A stretch of 55,437 nt of DNA from Candidatus Amesbacteria bacterium (GTDB lineage Bacteria; Patescibacteriota; Microgenomatia; CAZETR01; Amesbacteraceae), in assembly GCA_027371535.1 (NCBI GenBank), contig DAHXMV010000005.1, positions 1 to 55,437 of the forward strand, in the 5' to 3' direction. A model generated the notes under the pieces. That model searched no databases. It was not told the DNA's origin and saw only the letters and a program-made list of their open reading frames with translations. Within the stretch, counting starts at the first letter, position 1. Each line of letters begins with the position of its first letter. A program made the position numbers and the translations under genes. Below, in pieces: positions 37,638 to 45,464 of the stretch.

Positions 37638-37665
37638 GTTGCTTTAATGAAATCAGAATTTCAGA
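37638..37665 (+). repeat. att-like repeat copy z (degenerate)
   Basis: GTTGC-5 nt-TGAAATCAGAA. Shares GTTGC and the 11-mer with copy e. Overlaps the GIY-YIG#1 3' end. Confidence 0.5.
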
Positions 37666-37898
37666 TGGAGGGTACTTATTTTCTTTTGCCGACTCCAACT
37701 TTTTATCTGAAATTCCCGTTTCAGGGCAGAGGATTTATCCGCAAGCTCTTCGGTATAGATAGGTTTTATAGGTTTATGAGAACGGGTATATGCACCACCC
37801 TTGCCATTTATGTGATCGAGAAAACGCTGTTTGGGATTGTTTGAACTGCCGGTATAAAAACTGCCATCTGAACAGAGGAGTAGATAAACAGAGTACAT
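37653..37898 (-). CDS. GIY-YIG nuclease family protein (81 aa)
   Basis: YSVYLLLCSDGSFYTGSS...R...H motif pattern. Confidence 0.8.
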   Translation of the reverse strand: MYSVYLLLCSDGSFYTGSSNNPKQRFLDHINGKGGAYTRSHKPIKPIYTEELADKSSALKREFQIKSWSRQKKISTLHLKF

Positions 37899-37986
37899 GA
37901 GATTATTATGCGCTTCGACTACGCTCAGGGCTGCGGATTTTGCCCTTCGACAAGCCCAGGGCTGCGAAAATGCTTCGCATTTTCTT

Positions 37987-38019
37987 GTTGCGGGGACTCC
38001 AGGAAATCAGAACCTGGTT
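37987..38019 (+). repeat. att-like repeat copy a
   Basis: GTTGCGGGGACTCCAGGAAATCAGAACCTGGTT. 32 of 33 identical to copy e. Confidence 0.8.
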
Positions 38020-38026
38020 CTTGGAC

Positions 38027-38278
38027 TCAAGGACTATCGGGGCCGCCTCTTTTAATACAATCCTGAACCAAACTTTCTGAAGCTGTTTGTAATTGTATAT
38101 CTTTTAACCCACTACCACCGGCTCCTAACATTGTACCTAAATTTTGAACATACCTTTTGCATTTAGACTCAACGGAATTAGAGTTAACGAGATAAATTAC
38201 TCCTATAATAACGGCCAAAATTGAGACAATAATCAGAAAGTATTTGTTCTTAAATAAATCGTCCCTAAGCACGTCCAT
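38027..38278 (-). CDS. Small single-TM protein
   Basis: One clear TM helix (YFLIIVSILAVIIGVIYLV). No recognised family. Confidence 0.4.
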   Translation of the reverse strand: MDVLRDDLFKNKYFLIIVSILAVIIGVIYLVNSNSVESKCKRYVQNLGTMLGAGGSGLKDIQLQTASESLVQDCIKRGGPDSP

Positions 38279-38393
38279 TTTTATTTTTTTCCGATTTCCA
38301 AATAAACCTCATATAAATCATGACAATTTAAGTATAACATATACAAGTGCACGATAAAAAAAAGACGGCATTCAAGGCGTATTTTTGATTTGC

Positions 38394-38420
38394 TGCGGGG
38401 ACTTCAGGAACTCCGAACCT
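38394..38420 (+). repeat. att-like repeat copy b (degenerate)
   Basis: TGCGGGGACTTCAGGAACTCCGAACCT. Three mismatches to copy a over the aligned part. Confidence 0.65.
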
Positions 38421-38504
38421 ATTAGCCTATAAAAACCCTTCCGTATAAACTGAATTTGTGATTAATCTGAGATGGTTGCATATAGTGGTTATAGATAATT
38501 TCGC

Positions 38505-38756
38505 TTGGAAAAGAAAATTAAATTTAGGTTAATTGGACTAGTTTTAGCTATTGCAATTATCCTGAGAAGTTTAATTTATGGCTTATCGGATATTGATCCT
38601 TTTTGGCGAATTCCAATACTAATAACCGAAGGTGGATGGGGGATAAAGTTAAGCCAAGGGCTTAGGGACTTTATGGTCTTGGTTGGGATTCAGTTTGTTG
38701 ATGTACAGTTGGGCGCGAGTTGGTGTGTAGTAGAACCTAAAAAATCCGCCTATTAA
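38505..38756 (+). CDS. Small membrane protein (TTG start)
   Basis: Two hydrophobic segments, followed by an intrinsic terminator. Confidence 0.35.
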   Translation: MEKKIKFRLIGLVLAIAIILRSLIYGLSDIDPFWRIPILITEGGWGIKLSQGLRDFMVLVGIQFVDVQLGASWCVVEPKKSAY

Positions 38757-38773
38757 AGCGGATTTATTTTGTT
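38742..38773 (+). terminator. Rho-independent terminator
   Basis: AAATCCGC-8 nt-GCGGATTT stem followed by a T-rich run. The stop codon lies in the loop. Confidence 0.6.
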
Positions 38774-38784
38774 TAATAACCTGT

Positions 38785-38810
38785 GTTGCGGGGGCCAAAA
38801 GAAATAAGAA
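38785..38810 (+). repeat. att-like repeat copy c (degenerate)
   Basis: GTTGCGGGG core plus GAAATAAGAA (9 of 10 to GAAATCAGAA). Confidence 0.55.
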
Positions 38811-38909
38811 ATTATTTCCTGTCATTAACCACGCCTATTTTTATTACGAATTTGTAGATATCTGAAGCGGGTTTATATTTGGAGTAAAAGGCGATAGAAT
38901 AGGCATATT

Positions 38910-39674
38910 ATGAAAATTGAGACCTTGCAGTGGAATATTGGGGGAGGAAAAATTAGGGAGCAAAGCAGTGACCCTGGGGCAGAAAGCTCTTATGTCCTGG
39001 ATGGTATGGGATACATGGCGGACTTAATTAAGAAGCTTTCTCCAGCCATTATTACCCTGGTTGAGACTCATGCGAATAATAAGACGGTTCAAGCTGAAGA
39101 AATTGCAAATGCATTGGGTTACGGGTATTGGGTCAACGATGTTTATGACCAGTCACACATTGAAGCGGGCATGGGTCTTGGGCAGGCAATAGTTTCCCGT
39201 TTTCCGATATCATCACATGACTTTAGTTTGTTTTATAACCCCAAATTTGAAACGGTCAGGCCTAACGGCGAAAAGTGGGTTTCTCACAATAAGGGTTTAA
39301 CGACTGGAATTTTGGATATGGAAGGTAAGGAGTTGGCGGTAATGACATTACATTTAATTCCCTTTAGGAAGTTTGGAGTTCCGCTGGATGACCAAAGGGT
39401 TGAATCGGCAAGAAAAAGTATAGTGGAGAAGATAAAAACTGATCCTGGCCACTTACTATTGCAGGGTGACTTTAATGTGGACGACCAAAGCTTGAAGGGT
39501 TTTTTGCCTGAGGTGATGGGTAAATGCCAGGAGGTTTTATCAGATAAACCTACAACTCCAAAAGGCAGAAGATATGATCATGTGGTTTACAAAGGCATGA
39601 TGCACATTAAGTCGGAAGTTATCGAGACCCTTACTGATCATTTTCCGGTTTATTCAGAATTTGAGGTAAATTAA
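38910..39674 (+). CDS. Endonuclease/exonuclease/phosphatase (EEP) family protein
   Basis: LQWNIGGG, LVETH and DHFPVYSEF motifs. Confidence 0.7.
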   Translation: MKIETLQWNIGGGKIREQSSDPGAESSYVLDGMGYMADLIKKLSPAIITLVETHANNKTVQAEEIANALGYGYWVNDVYDQSHIEAGMGLGQAIVSRFPISSHDFSLFYNPKFETVRPNGEKWVSHNKGLTTGILDMEGKELAVMTLHLIPFRKFGVPLDDQRVESARKSIVEKIKTDPGHLLLQGDFNVDDQSLKGFLPEVMGKCQEVLSDKPTTPKGRRYDHVVYKGMMHIKSEVIETLTDHFPVYSEFEVN

Positions 39675-39783
39675 ATATGGACGTGACCGTACCCCCTAAA
39701 CTGAACACGGTTTTTGTGTAATCCATTCAGTTTGGGGGAGGTGAATTCGCATTAAAAATCCAAGGAATAGCAATGGCGGACTG

Positions 39784-39995
39784 ATGGGCGACGAAGAATT
39801 TAAGGATAGAAAGTTAGCTTTAGAGAGGGAGCTTAAAGTAATAGAAAAGCAGCTGACGGGAATGGACGGGGAGATACTAAAAACTAATAATGATGCTCCG
39901 ATAACAGCTAAACGGGTTGCACCTGAAGAAAATGGCTTAGATATCACAAAAACGGCCGCTTTTTCAGCGGCCATTCCTACTCTGTTCCGGGGACT
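39784..39995 (+). pseudogene. C-terminal remnant of a large serine recombinase
   Basis: DEEFKDRKLALERELKVIEKQLTGMD aligns to DEKFREEKLEIETEVKSLENQLANTD of the intact recombinase (47820-49637). VAPEENGLDITKTAAFSAAIPTLFRG aligns to PAPENYALESTKMEAYWASIPTLLRG. There is no catalytic domain. Confidence 0.6.
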
Positions 39996-40007
39996 CCAGG
40001 AAATCAG
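39984..40007 (+). repeat. att-like repeat copy d
   Basis: GTTCCGGGGACTCCAGGAAATCAG. The preceding CCATTCCTACTCT matches the flank of the tRNA copy (CCATTCCTACTTT at 49518-49528). Confidence 0.75.
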
Positions 40008-40015
40008 TGGGGATA

Positions 40016-40297
40016 TCAGGCAAGCTTCGCTTGCTCCATCCCCACGGACTTCAGATAATTAGTGAGTTGTTTACGGATAACTCTCCTTCCCATACTTGTT
40101 TTCAGATATTTTTCCCTAGCTTCGGCGTCTTGCTTTAACAAATAGGCTTCGTAGTAAATAAGCTTAAAAGGTCTTCGGGGAGCAGTAGAGAAATTTTTTC
40201 CGTTATTGTGTTCTTGGATTCGACGTTTTAGGTCTGAAGTTGTGCCCGTGTAGAAATTATTATCTTTTTCAGATTGGAGAATATAAAGGTAGTGCAC
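40016..40297 (-). CDS. GIY-YIG nuclease family protein (93 aa)
   Basis: HYLYILQSEKDNNFYTGTTSDLKRRIQEHN pattern. Confidence 0.8.
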   Translation of the reverse strand: MHYLYILQSEKDNNFYTGTTSDLKRRIQEHNNGKNFSTAPRRPFKLIYYEAYLLKQDAEAREKYLKTSMGRRVIRKQLTNYLKSVGMEQAKLA

Positions 40298-40376
40298 TGG
40301 AAAAATTGTAGTACGTTGGGGGTATTATGTCTCGCTTCGCGATACACCACTCCCATGAGGCTGGAGCAAAAAGAGA

Positions 40377-40410
40377 ACAAAAAAATCCCGCCTTTGGCGG
40401 GACTCTTTTT
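40377..40410 (-). terminator. Hairpin with U-runs on both strands (bidirectional terminator candidate)
   Basis: TCCCGCC-TTT-GGCGGGA flanked by an A-run and a T-run. Downstream of the 40474-41620 minus-strand operon. Confidence 0.55.
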
Positions 40411-40424
40411 GCTTAATAGCCTCA

Positions 40425-40457
40425 GTTGCGGGGACTCCATGAAATCAGAACCTGGTT
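40425..40457 (+). repeat. att-like repeat copy e
   Basis: GTTGCGGGGACTCCATGAAATCAGAACCTGGTT. Confidence 0.8.
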
Positions 40458-40473
40458 TTTCAATCAAGTGGCC

Positions 40474-40929
40474 TTAGCCCCAGTGAAATTTGCCTAAAGT
40501 AAGAAGTATATTAACTACCACGATAACTCCCAAATCGACTACTTGTATCCCCCAATGATGCGCTGCTGAGTATTTTCTAATTTGCCCCTTCCAAACTGGC
40601 CATAAAAAAGGCGTGGCCAAATCAGTATGCAAAAAGGCGTCTTGAATCACGTGCCAGAAATATCCTAACCCTAAGATTCCCAGTTTCGGAGAAAATGTAC
40701 CAAGAACAATTGTCACTGCAACCGCCACCCACCAGTTATGCAGAAACCAATATGTCCTAAGCATCCAAAGTGGTGACTTAACCAACTCATTTTTGAGTCC
40801 ATATTTCGAGACGGCAAGCAGGGGCACACTTACTATATCCGGAATCGAAGCTACAACTGCCCCCTCAATGGGTAAACCTACTGTTCTCCCAATAGTAGTT
40901 CCCCAAAGAAGATGGTTTGCGGTATTCAT
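40474..40929 (-). CDS. Polytopic membrane protein, possibly a YdjM/DUF457-like metal-dependent hydrolase
   Basis: Four to five hydrophobic segments with conserved-looking His (HNWW, HVIQDAFLH). Weak assignment. Confidence 0.35.
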   Translation of the reverse strand: MNTANHLLWGTTIGRTVGLPIEGAVVASIPDIVSVPLLAVSKYGLKNELVKSPLWMLRTYWFLHNWWVAVAVTIVLGTFSPKLGILGLGYFWHVIQDAFLHTDLATPFLWPVWKGQIRKYSAAHHWGIQVVDLGVIVVVNILLTLGKFHWG

Positions 40930-40964
40930 AAAATTGAGTATAAATCGTTCGCCTCACGGAATTA

Positions 40965-41279
40965 TTACCCACCATAACCCTTTTTAGCTCTGGGGTTTAT
41001 GTAAATAAATCTACCAACGCCTTTCAGGCCGGGTTCTGACACCTCGTGATGTACTATGAAGCCAAGCCCCATTGAAATTGCTACCACAGAAAGCCTCGAT
41101 GACTTTGACAAAGCAATTACGCCTATGAGTATCAAGAGTACCCCGTAGGTGCTGTGATGAATATGAAAGTGGCCTTTCTTCAAATCCGGTACAGGTAAAC
41201 GAAATAGTTTTTGAAAATAAAATAGCACTGGGAATGATTCCAAACCAACTAAAAAAGCTAATATTGCAATCACCATCAT
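40965..41279 (-). CDS. Small His-rich membrane protein
   Basis: Three hydrophobic segments; HFHIHHSTYG and IVHHE motifs. Confidence 0.4.
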   Translation of the reverse strand: MMVIAILAFLVGLESFPVLFYFQKLFRLPVPDLKKGHFHIHHSTYGVLLILIGVIALSKSSRLSVVAISMGLGFIVHHEVSEPGLKGVGRFIYINPRAKKGYGG

Positions 41280-41620
41280 TAGTTCAGAGTTTCCCCTTTA
41301 ACTATTTTTTTAACTACTGCTCCTACAAATAACCTAAATGCTAACCTTTTTTCCTTCTCATAAATCATCGGGGTTCCCAGAAGTTCCTTACAAGCTGGGC
41401 AAGTAAATTTAGGTACTTCAGAAAACGTCTTATGCTCCAACTCTTGATAACTTGACCCGACTATACGATCTAGGTACATCCGCTTTAGTATTCCAGGGCC
41501 ATCTTTTTGGTAATAACATATATGGTTTGCGCACTTAGAGCAAGTTATATCAAGGAATCTCGAGGCTCCCCTTGCTCTACTAAAACTGTCCTTTTTGAAA
41601 GTCATCTTAGCTTTTCCCAT
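41279..41620 (-). CDS. Zinc-ribbon protein (CxxC...CxxC)
   Basis: SRFLDITCSKCANH ... FTCPACKELLG. The first knuckle resembles ribosomal S27e-type ribbons, but about 40 aa are inserted between the knuckles. Confidence 0.45.
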   Translation of the reverse strand: MGKAKMTFKKDSFSRARGASRFLDITCSKCANHICYYQKDGPGILKRMYLDRIVGSSYQELEHKTFSEVPKFTCPACKELLGTPMIYEKEKRLAFRLFVGAVVKKIVKGETLN

Positions 41621-41664
41621 TATTTCAATTTTACCAATTCCTCCGAACAGTATACAATCGGCTG

Positions 41665-42168
41665 GTGGAAAAAGTCACAACTTTGGATGGTTCTGCAAAA
41701 TTCTCTCGACGGTCACAAAAGCTGGGCAAAACAGTCGGTTTGGTGGTTGGAAGTTTTGACATCATTCATTTGGGTCACATCAACCTCTTCCGTCTGGCAA
41801 AAAGACATTCAGATGTGGTTATTGTTGGCTTAGACAACGATCAAACAATCAAACTTGTTAAAGGACAAAATCGACCTATTAACGACTTCAAACGCCGCAG
41901 TCAAATTCTTGCTGACTTAATTACCATAGACAAGATATTTTTGATTGACAAAACTTCATACCACGGTAGCGAGGAAGCACTTGATTCATACAGATTGCTA
42001 ATTGAAAAAATCAGTCCTACCCATATTTTTACCCACAAGATTTGTGATAGGCACTGGCAAGACAAGAAAAAAATCGCTCTGGAAAAAGGAATAACCTTTG
42101 TTCTGGATAGCAGTCCGAAGATAACTAGTTCTGGATCAATTCTGGAAAAGATACTGGGCGAAAATTAG
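41665..42168 (+). CDS. Cytidylyltransferase-fold nucleotidyltransferase (HxGH class; RfaE-II/TagD-like)
   Basis: GSFDIIHLGHINLF (HxGH). Size 167 aa. Confidence 0.7.
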   Translation: MEKVTTLDGSAKFSRRSQKLGKTVGLVVGSFDIIHLGHINLFRLAKRHSDVVIVGLDNDQTIKLVKGQNRPINDFKRRSQILADLITIDKIFLIDKTSYHGSEEALDSYRLLIEKISPTHIFTHKICDRHWQDKKKIALEKGITFVLDSSPKITSSGSILEKILGEN

Positions 42169-42257
42169 TACATACCTAGATTAAGCTCCGGAGCGGAACA
42201 AAATATAACCGTAGAGCATCATCGATTTTGTGGGTAAAAATGCTAAAATGTCGTGAA

Positions 42258-42941
42258 ATGACAATTTGTATTGCGGCTCTTGCTGAAAATGGATCCAAAC
42301 TGGTTATTGCGGCGGATCAGATGATAACGGCTAACATACCAATTTCTTACGAGTTTGAAACTGACGACGTACAGAAGATTTATAACATCACTGATAAATG
42401 TTACGTGCTCACGGCGGGAAACGCCTTGTTTGCCTGTGAGATTGTAAAATCTGCAAAAATGAAAATTGACGCGATTCAGGGAAACCACACCGTCCAGTCG
42501 ATTGCGGATATTGTCAGGCAAGAGTTTGTTAAATTCCGTAATACCGTTATCACCAGGAACGTGCTGGAACCTAGAGGTATAACATTGGCAGATTATTACA
42601 AAGTTCAACAGCAACTCGTTCCGGGAGTAATACAGGAAATTGAAAACGCCTTGGTAAACTCAAACATCGGCGTTGAATTGATTGTTGCTGGTCAGAACGA
42701 TGGTGGCGATTGCCATATTTTTACAATAACCCACCCGGGGCAGTTGTTAAGCCATGATGCAATTGGACACGTAAGTGTGGGAAGCGGTGCTCCGCATGCG
42801 ACCTATTATCTGATAGGTTCCACCTACAAAAAATCTCTTAGTGTAGGCCAGGTGAGAAGAATGGTTTTGAATGCAAAGAAGAAAAGTGAAGTAGCTCCCG
42901 GAGTTGGAAAAGCTACCACCGACAAAGTAATAGGTGCATAA
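42258..42941 (+). CDS. Proteasome beta-subunit/HslV-like Ntn hydrolase
   Basis: MTICIAALAENGSKLVIAADQMIT (Thr right after Met, Asp about 18 residues later), QKIYNITDKCYVLTAG (Lys33 context), VSVGSGAPHA (GSG loop). The track ORF starts at 42228, which would add a 10-aa propeptide. Confidence 0.6.
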   Translation: MTICIAALAENGSKLVIAADQMITANIPISYEFETDDVQKIYNITDKCYVLTAGNALFACEIVKSAKMKIDAIQGNHTVQSIADIVRQEFVKFRNTVITRNVLEPRGITLADYYKVQQQLVPGVIQEIENALVNSNIGVELIVAGQNDGGDCHIFTITHPGQLLSHDAIGHVSVGSGAPHATYYLIGSTYKKSLSVGQVRRMVLNAKKKSEVAPGVGKATTDKVIGA

Positions 42942-42949
42942 TACTAAGC

Positions 42950-43141
42950 ATGATGCTCGCAGACTATAATAACCAAAATCAAACTTTCAATTTTGCCAAG
43001 TCAGATTTTGAGGCTTACAAGAGATGGGGTTTGTATGCTGGTGTGAACTTGCCCAAAAAAACCAGTACAGTTCCTGAAGCTAATAAGGATAGCGAGAAGA
43101 AAAATCAGAACGTTGTAGATAAACTGACGCTAGAAAAGTAA
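42950..43141 (+). CDS. 63-aa hypothetical protein
   Basis: Starts 8 nt after the proteasome-like gene stop. No recognised family. Confidence 0.35.
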   Translation: MMLADYNNQNQTFNFAKSDFEAYKRWGLYAGVNLPKKTSTVPEANKDSEKKNQNVVDKLTLEK

Positions 43142-43276
43142 GAAGCAATAGAAAACAACCTTGAACCTAATACAATAACCTGAACAACTGTGAAACCTGA
43201 CCGAGGTTGATCTTAGTGTCTTGCACCAAATACCTTGTCCAAGTTTGGACTTTATTATCTCTAGATGAGCAAGTCT

Positions 43277-43807
43277 TTATTGGACCACTTCGCACTGGCT
43301 GAGGTCAATGACACCTATGGTTTGTGCTCCGACAACGCCCCGGACGGTAATGGTCTGGCCATTTTTGAGTGGCATGAGCTGGCTCTTATCCTTTATCTGA
43401 CAGCTAATTTGAGTCATTGAGAACTGTTTGGATGCAACATCAGTAAAGGAAATTCCGGAATCCGTAATGTTGGATACTGTGGCGGAAAACTCAACCAGTT
43501 TGTCCTTCCATTTACTTTCGGCGGCAACTTGGTTGGCATCAAAGTCATCTGCTAGCTCCTTGGCTGTAATTTTTTGAGCCGAAGCTGGTGTAGGAGAGGC
43601 AGAAGCCTGTTGGTTAGCCTGTGTAGCGCTGCTAGAGCCACCTTTATTACCCCCGATAGCTGAACCTACCATAGCTAATAGGACCAGAATCAGAATCCCG
43701 GTAATAATCGGGTGGCGGGCAAACCAATTCCGTTGGTCTGCTTGGCAGTGCGGGCATTTCTTGGCTTTGGCGTCAATCTCGGTCTGACAACTTTTACATT
43801 TCTTCAT
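43277..43807 (-). CDS. Zinc-ribbon, TM and OB-fold (tRNA_anti-like) protein
   Basis: CKSCQ...CPHCQ, a TM helix, a Ser/Ala/Gln linker, then ELADDFDANQVAAESKWKDKLVEF, typical of OB-fold 'tRNA_anti-like' domains (from memory). Confidence 0.5.
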   Translation of the reverse strand: MKKCKSCQTEIDAKAKKCPHCQADQRNWFARHPIITGILILVLLAMVGSAIGGNKGGSSSATQANQQASASPTPASAQKITAKELADDFDANQVAAESKWKDKLVEFSATVSNITDSGISFTDVASKQFSMTQISCQIKDKSQLMPLKNGQTITVRGVVGAQTIGVIDLSQCEVVQ

Positions 43808-43933
43808 TCAATTTCACCTCCGATCTTCCCTGTAGGGTTATTTCCATAACTAGGCTAATTATAGACATTAATTCTGTAAAGTACACACTCTGGAGTTGCG
43901 GTAAATGGGGCGTAACTAGCCGAGAATCAGGTT

Positions 43934-44149
43934 ATGCTGTCAAAACAACAACTTCTGAAAAAACTGGGTGAAAGAATTCGGTATGCCAGAATGGACGCCG
44001 GATTAAAATCTCAAGAGGCGTTGTCCGATAAGACGGGACTGCACCGGAACTACATCGGTAAGCTGGAACGGGGTTTGAGTAATCCGCCGGTTTATACTCT
44101 GTACCGGATCTCTGCGGCTTTGGGAAGGAAAGATCTGTTGGATTTTTAA
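43934..44149 (+). CDS. XRE-family helix-turn-helix regulator
   Basis: LGERIRYARMDAGLKSQEALSDKTGLHRNYIGKLERG. Confidence 0.8.
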   Translation: MLSKQQLLKKLGERIRYARMDAGLKSQEALSDKTGLHRNYIGKLERGLSNPPVYTLYRISAALGRKDLLDF

Positions 44150-44602
44150 TCGTGGATTAAGGCTAATTATTGTTAAGTAGCAACGCCCCGGGCGAAGTGT
44201 GGTTACCATAATGGTAAGGGAATTGTGTTGTGAGGATAACAACGAAAAGATTTAGTTACGGGGATAGGGGGTACAATAGTCATATTTTTGATGACAAATT
44301 TATCTTGGTCAGCCTCAAATAGGGTTAAAAAGGGTATGGTAACTCTCAAAAAGAGACAGTGTTTTGCTAAAAAACAGAGCTTTTTGATGAAATCTGAAGC
44401 TGGATTAAGTCTAAATTTGGTATTTTAACCGCCGCATTTAGTACTGTTTTTGGATCATCGTGAGCTTTGATAGGCTACCCCCCAGGGTTAGGAATCCGGG
44501 GTGCCTCCGACGGGAAGAATACGGTAGGCACCTTTAAAATACGCCGGAAAAAATTCGAAAATTGATAGGTGGTCCTAAAGTGGTAGACTTTTTACGATAA
44601 GT

Positions 44603-45349
44603 ATGAATATAAAAACAACATCGGCATATTTGCCGTTCTACGACCAAAATAAACAGCTAACACAGGAAGAGAATAGCTTTGTTACTCTCTTGGCCGAGGA
44701 TAAGGAGTTCGAAAATACGGTCGTTCAGCTTAGAAAAGTTTATGGCATTCCAAAAGAAGGATACCCAGACATAAATATGCATGGCAATCCGGACAGTGAA
44801 ATCGATAGGTTATTCAAAGAATCCCGCCGCGTTTATGACCATGAACCTAAACCTGAACAACTCAAGTTAGCCGGGATAAAAGATGACCTCGGACTTCTAT
44901 ATCGCGATGCAGAATCAATCTGCCGTGAATATGGTTTAACCCCGAGCTGGAAAACTCCCTTGGCTACATTCATAACTTTCGGCGTGCTCCCCGTCCCCTC
45001 CAAACCTTATCCTATTGCCGTCTACCCCCGAAGGGGTACTCACAGGTGGTATGCAGAGACCTCGGATAGTATTTTAATTGCAATTGAGCAACCCATATCC
45101 AAGGCGCAATTTAAAAAGTGGATCGATGCCAACTGGGAGAGTCTTAAACCTGAAATTAATAGCCTACCTAAACATCCTCGTTCCCAAGTCAGGAATCTAA
45201 AAGTCTACCAACGTATCGCACAGCTGGAGAACCAAAAACTTTCATTGAAAGAAATTGCCGGAAAATTATATTCGGAAGGGTTAATTAATCTCTACGATTC
45301 TGGAGTGGGAACTTACGCCAAACGAGGAAAGGCAATTCTTAAAAAGTGA
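44603..45349 (+). CDS. Hypothetical protein with a possible C-terminal HTH
   Basis: No recognised family. LSLKEIAGKL near the C-terminus. Confidence 0.45.
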   Translation: MNIKTTSAYLPFYDQNKQLTQEENSFVTLLAEDKEFENTVVQLRKVYGIPKEGYPDINMHGNPDSEIDRLFKESRRVYDHEPKPEQLKLAGIKDDLGLLYRDAESICREYGLTPSWKTPLATFITFGVLPVPSKPYPIAVYPRRGTHRWYAETSDSILIAIEQPISKAQFKKWIDANWESLKPEINSLPKHPRSQVRNLKVYQRIAQLENQKLSLKEIAGKLYSEGLINLYDSGVGTYAKRGKAILKK

Positions 45350-45464
45350 CTGATACGATAAAATTCCATCAATAAGGGATAAAACACTTCTTTGAACATC
45401 CTCATGTGGAATACTTCTAGACTCTTCTGAGCTATCCTCGGTCTAATTAAAACTAAATATTAAT

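Noticed and set aside
37620-37844. 74-aa plus-strand ORF, and likewise 32936-33202 (88 aa) and 40228-40467 / 40274-40477.
   Set aside because: The first two are antisense to recognisable genes (GIY-YIG#1 and the DUF5658-like protein). The last pair spans the GIY-YIG#2 5' end and its upstream region containing the terminator hairpin and repeat e. No support beyond being open.
39696-39974. 92-aa minus-strand ORF between the EEP gene and GIY-YIG#2.
   Set aside because: It is antisense to the recombinase remnant, which has clear homology on the plus strand. The product is Ser/Leu-rich with no family resemblance.
44480-44510. T-arm-like string GGGTTAGGAATCC inside the element's non-coding gap, as a possible left att/tRNA fragment.
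   Set aside because: The flanking bases do not form a T stem or acceptor, and there is no similarity to the GTTGCGGGG core.
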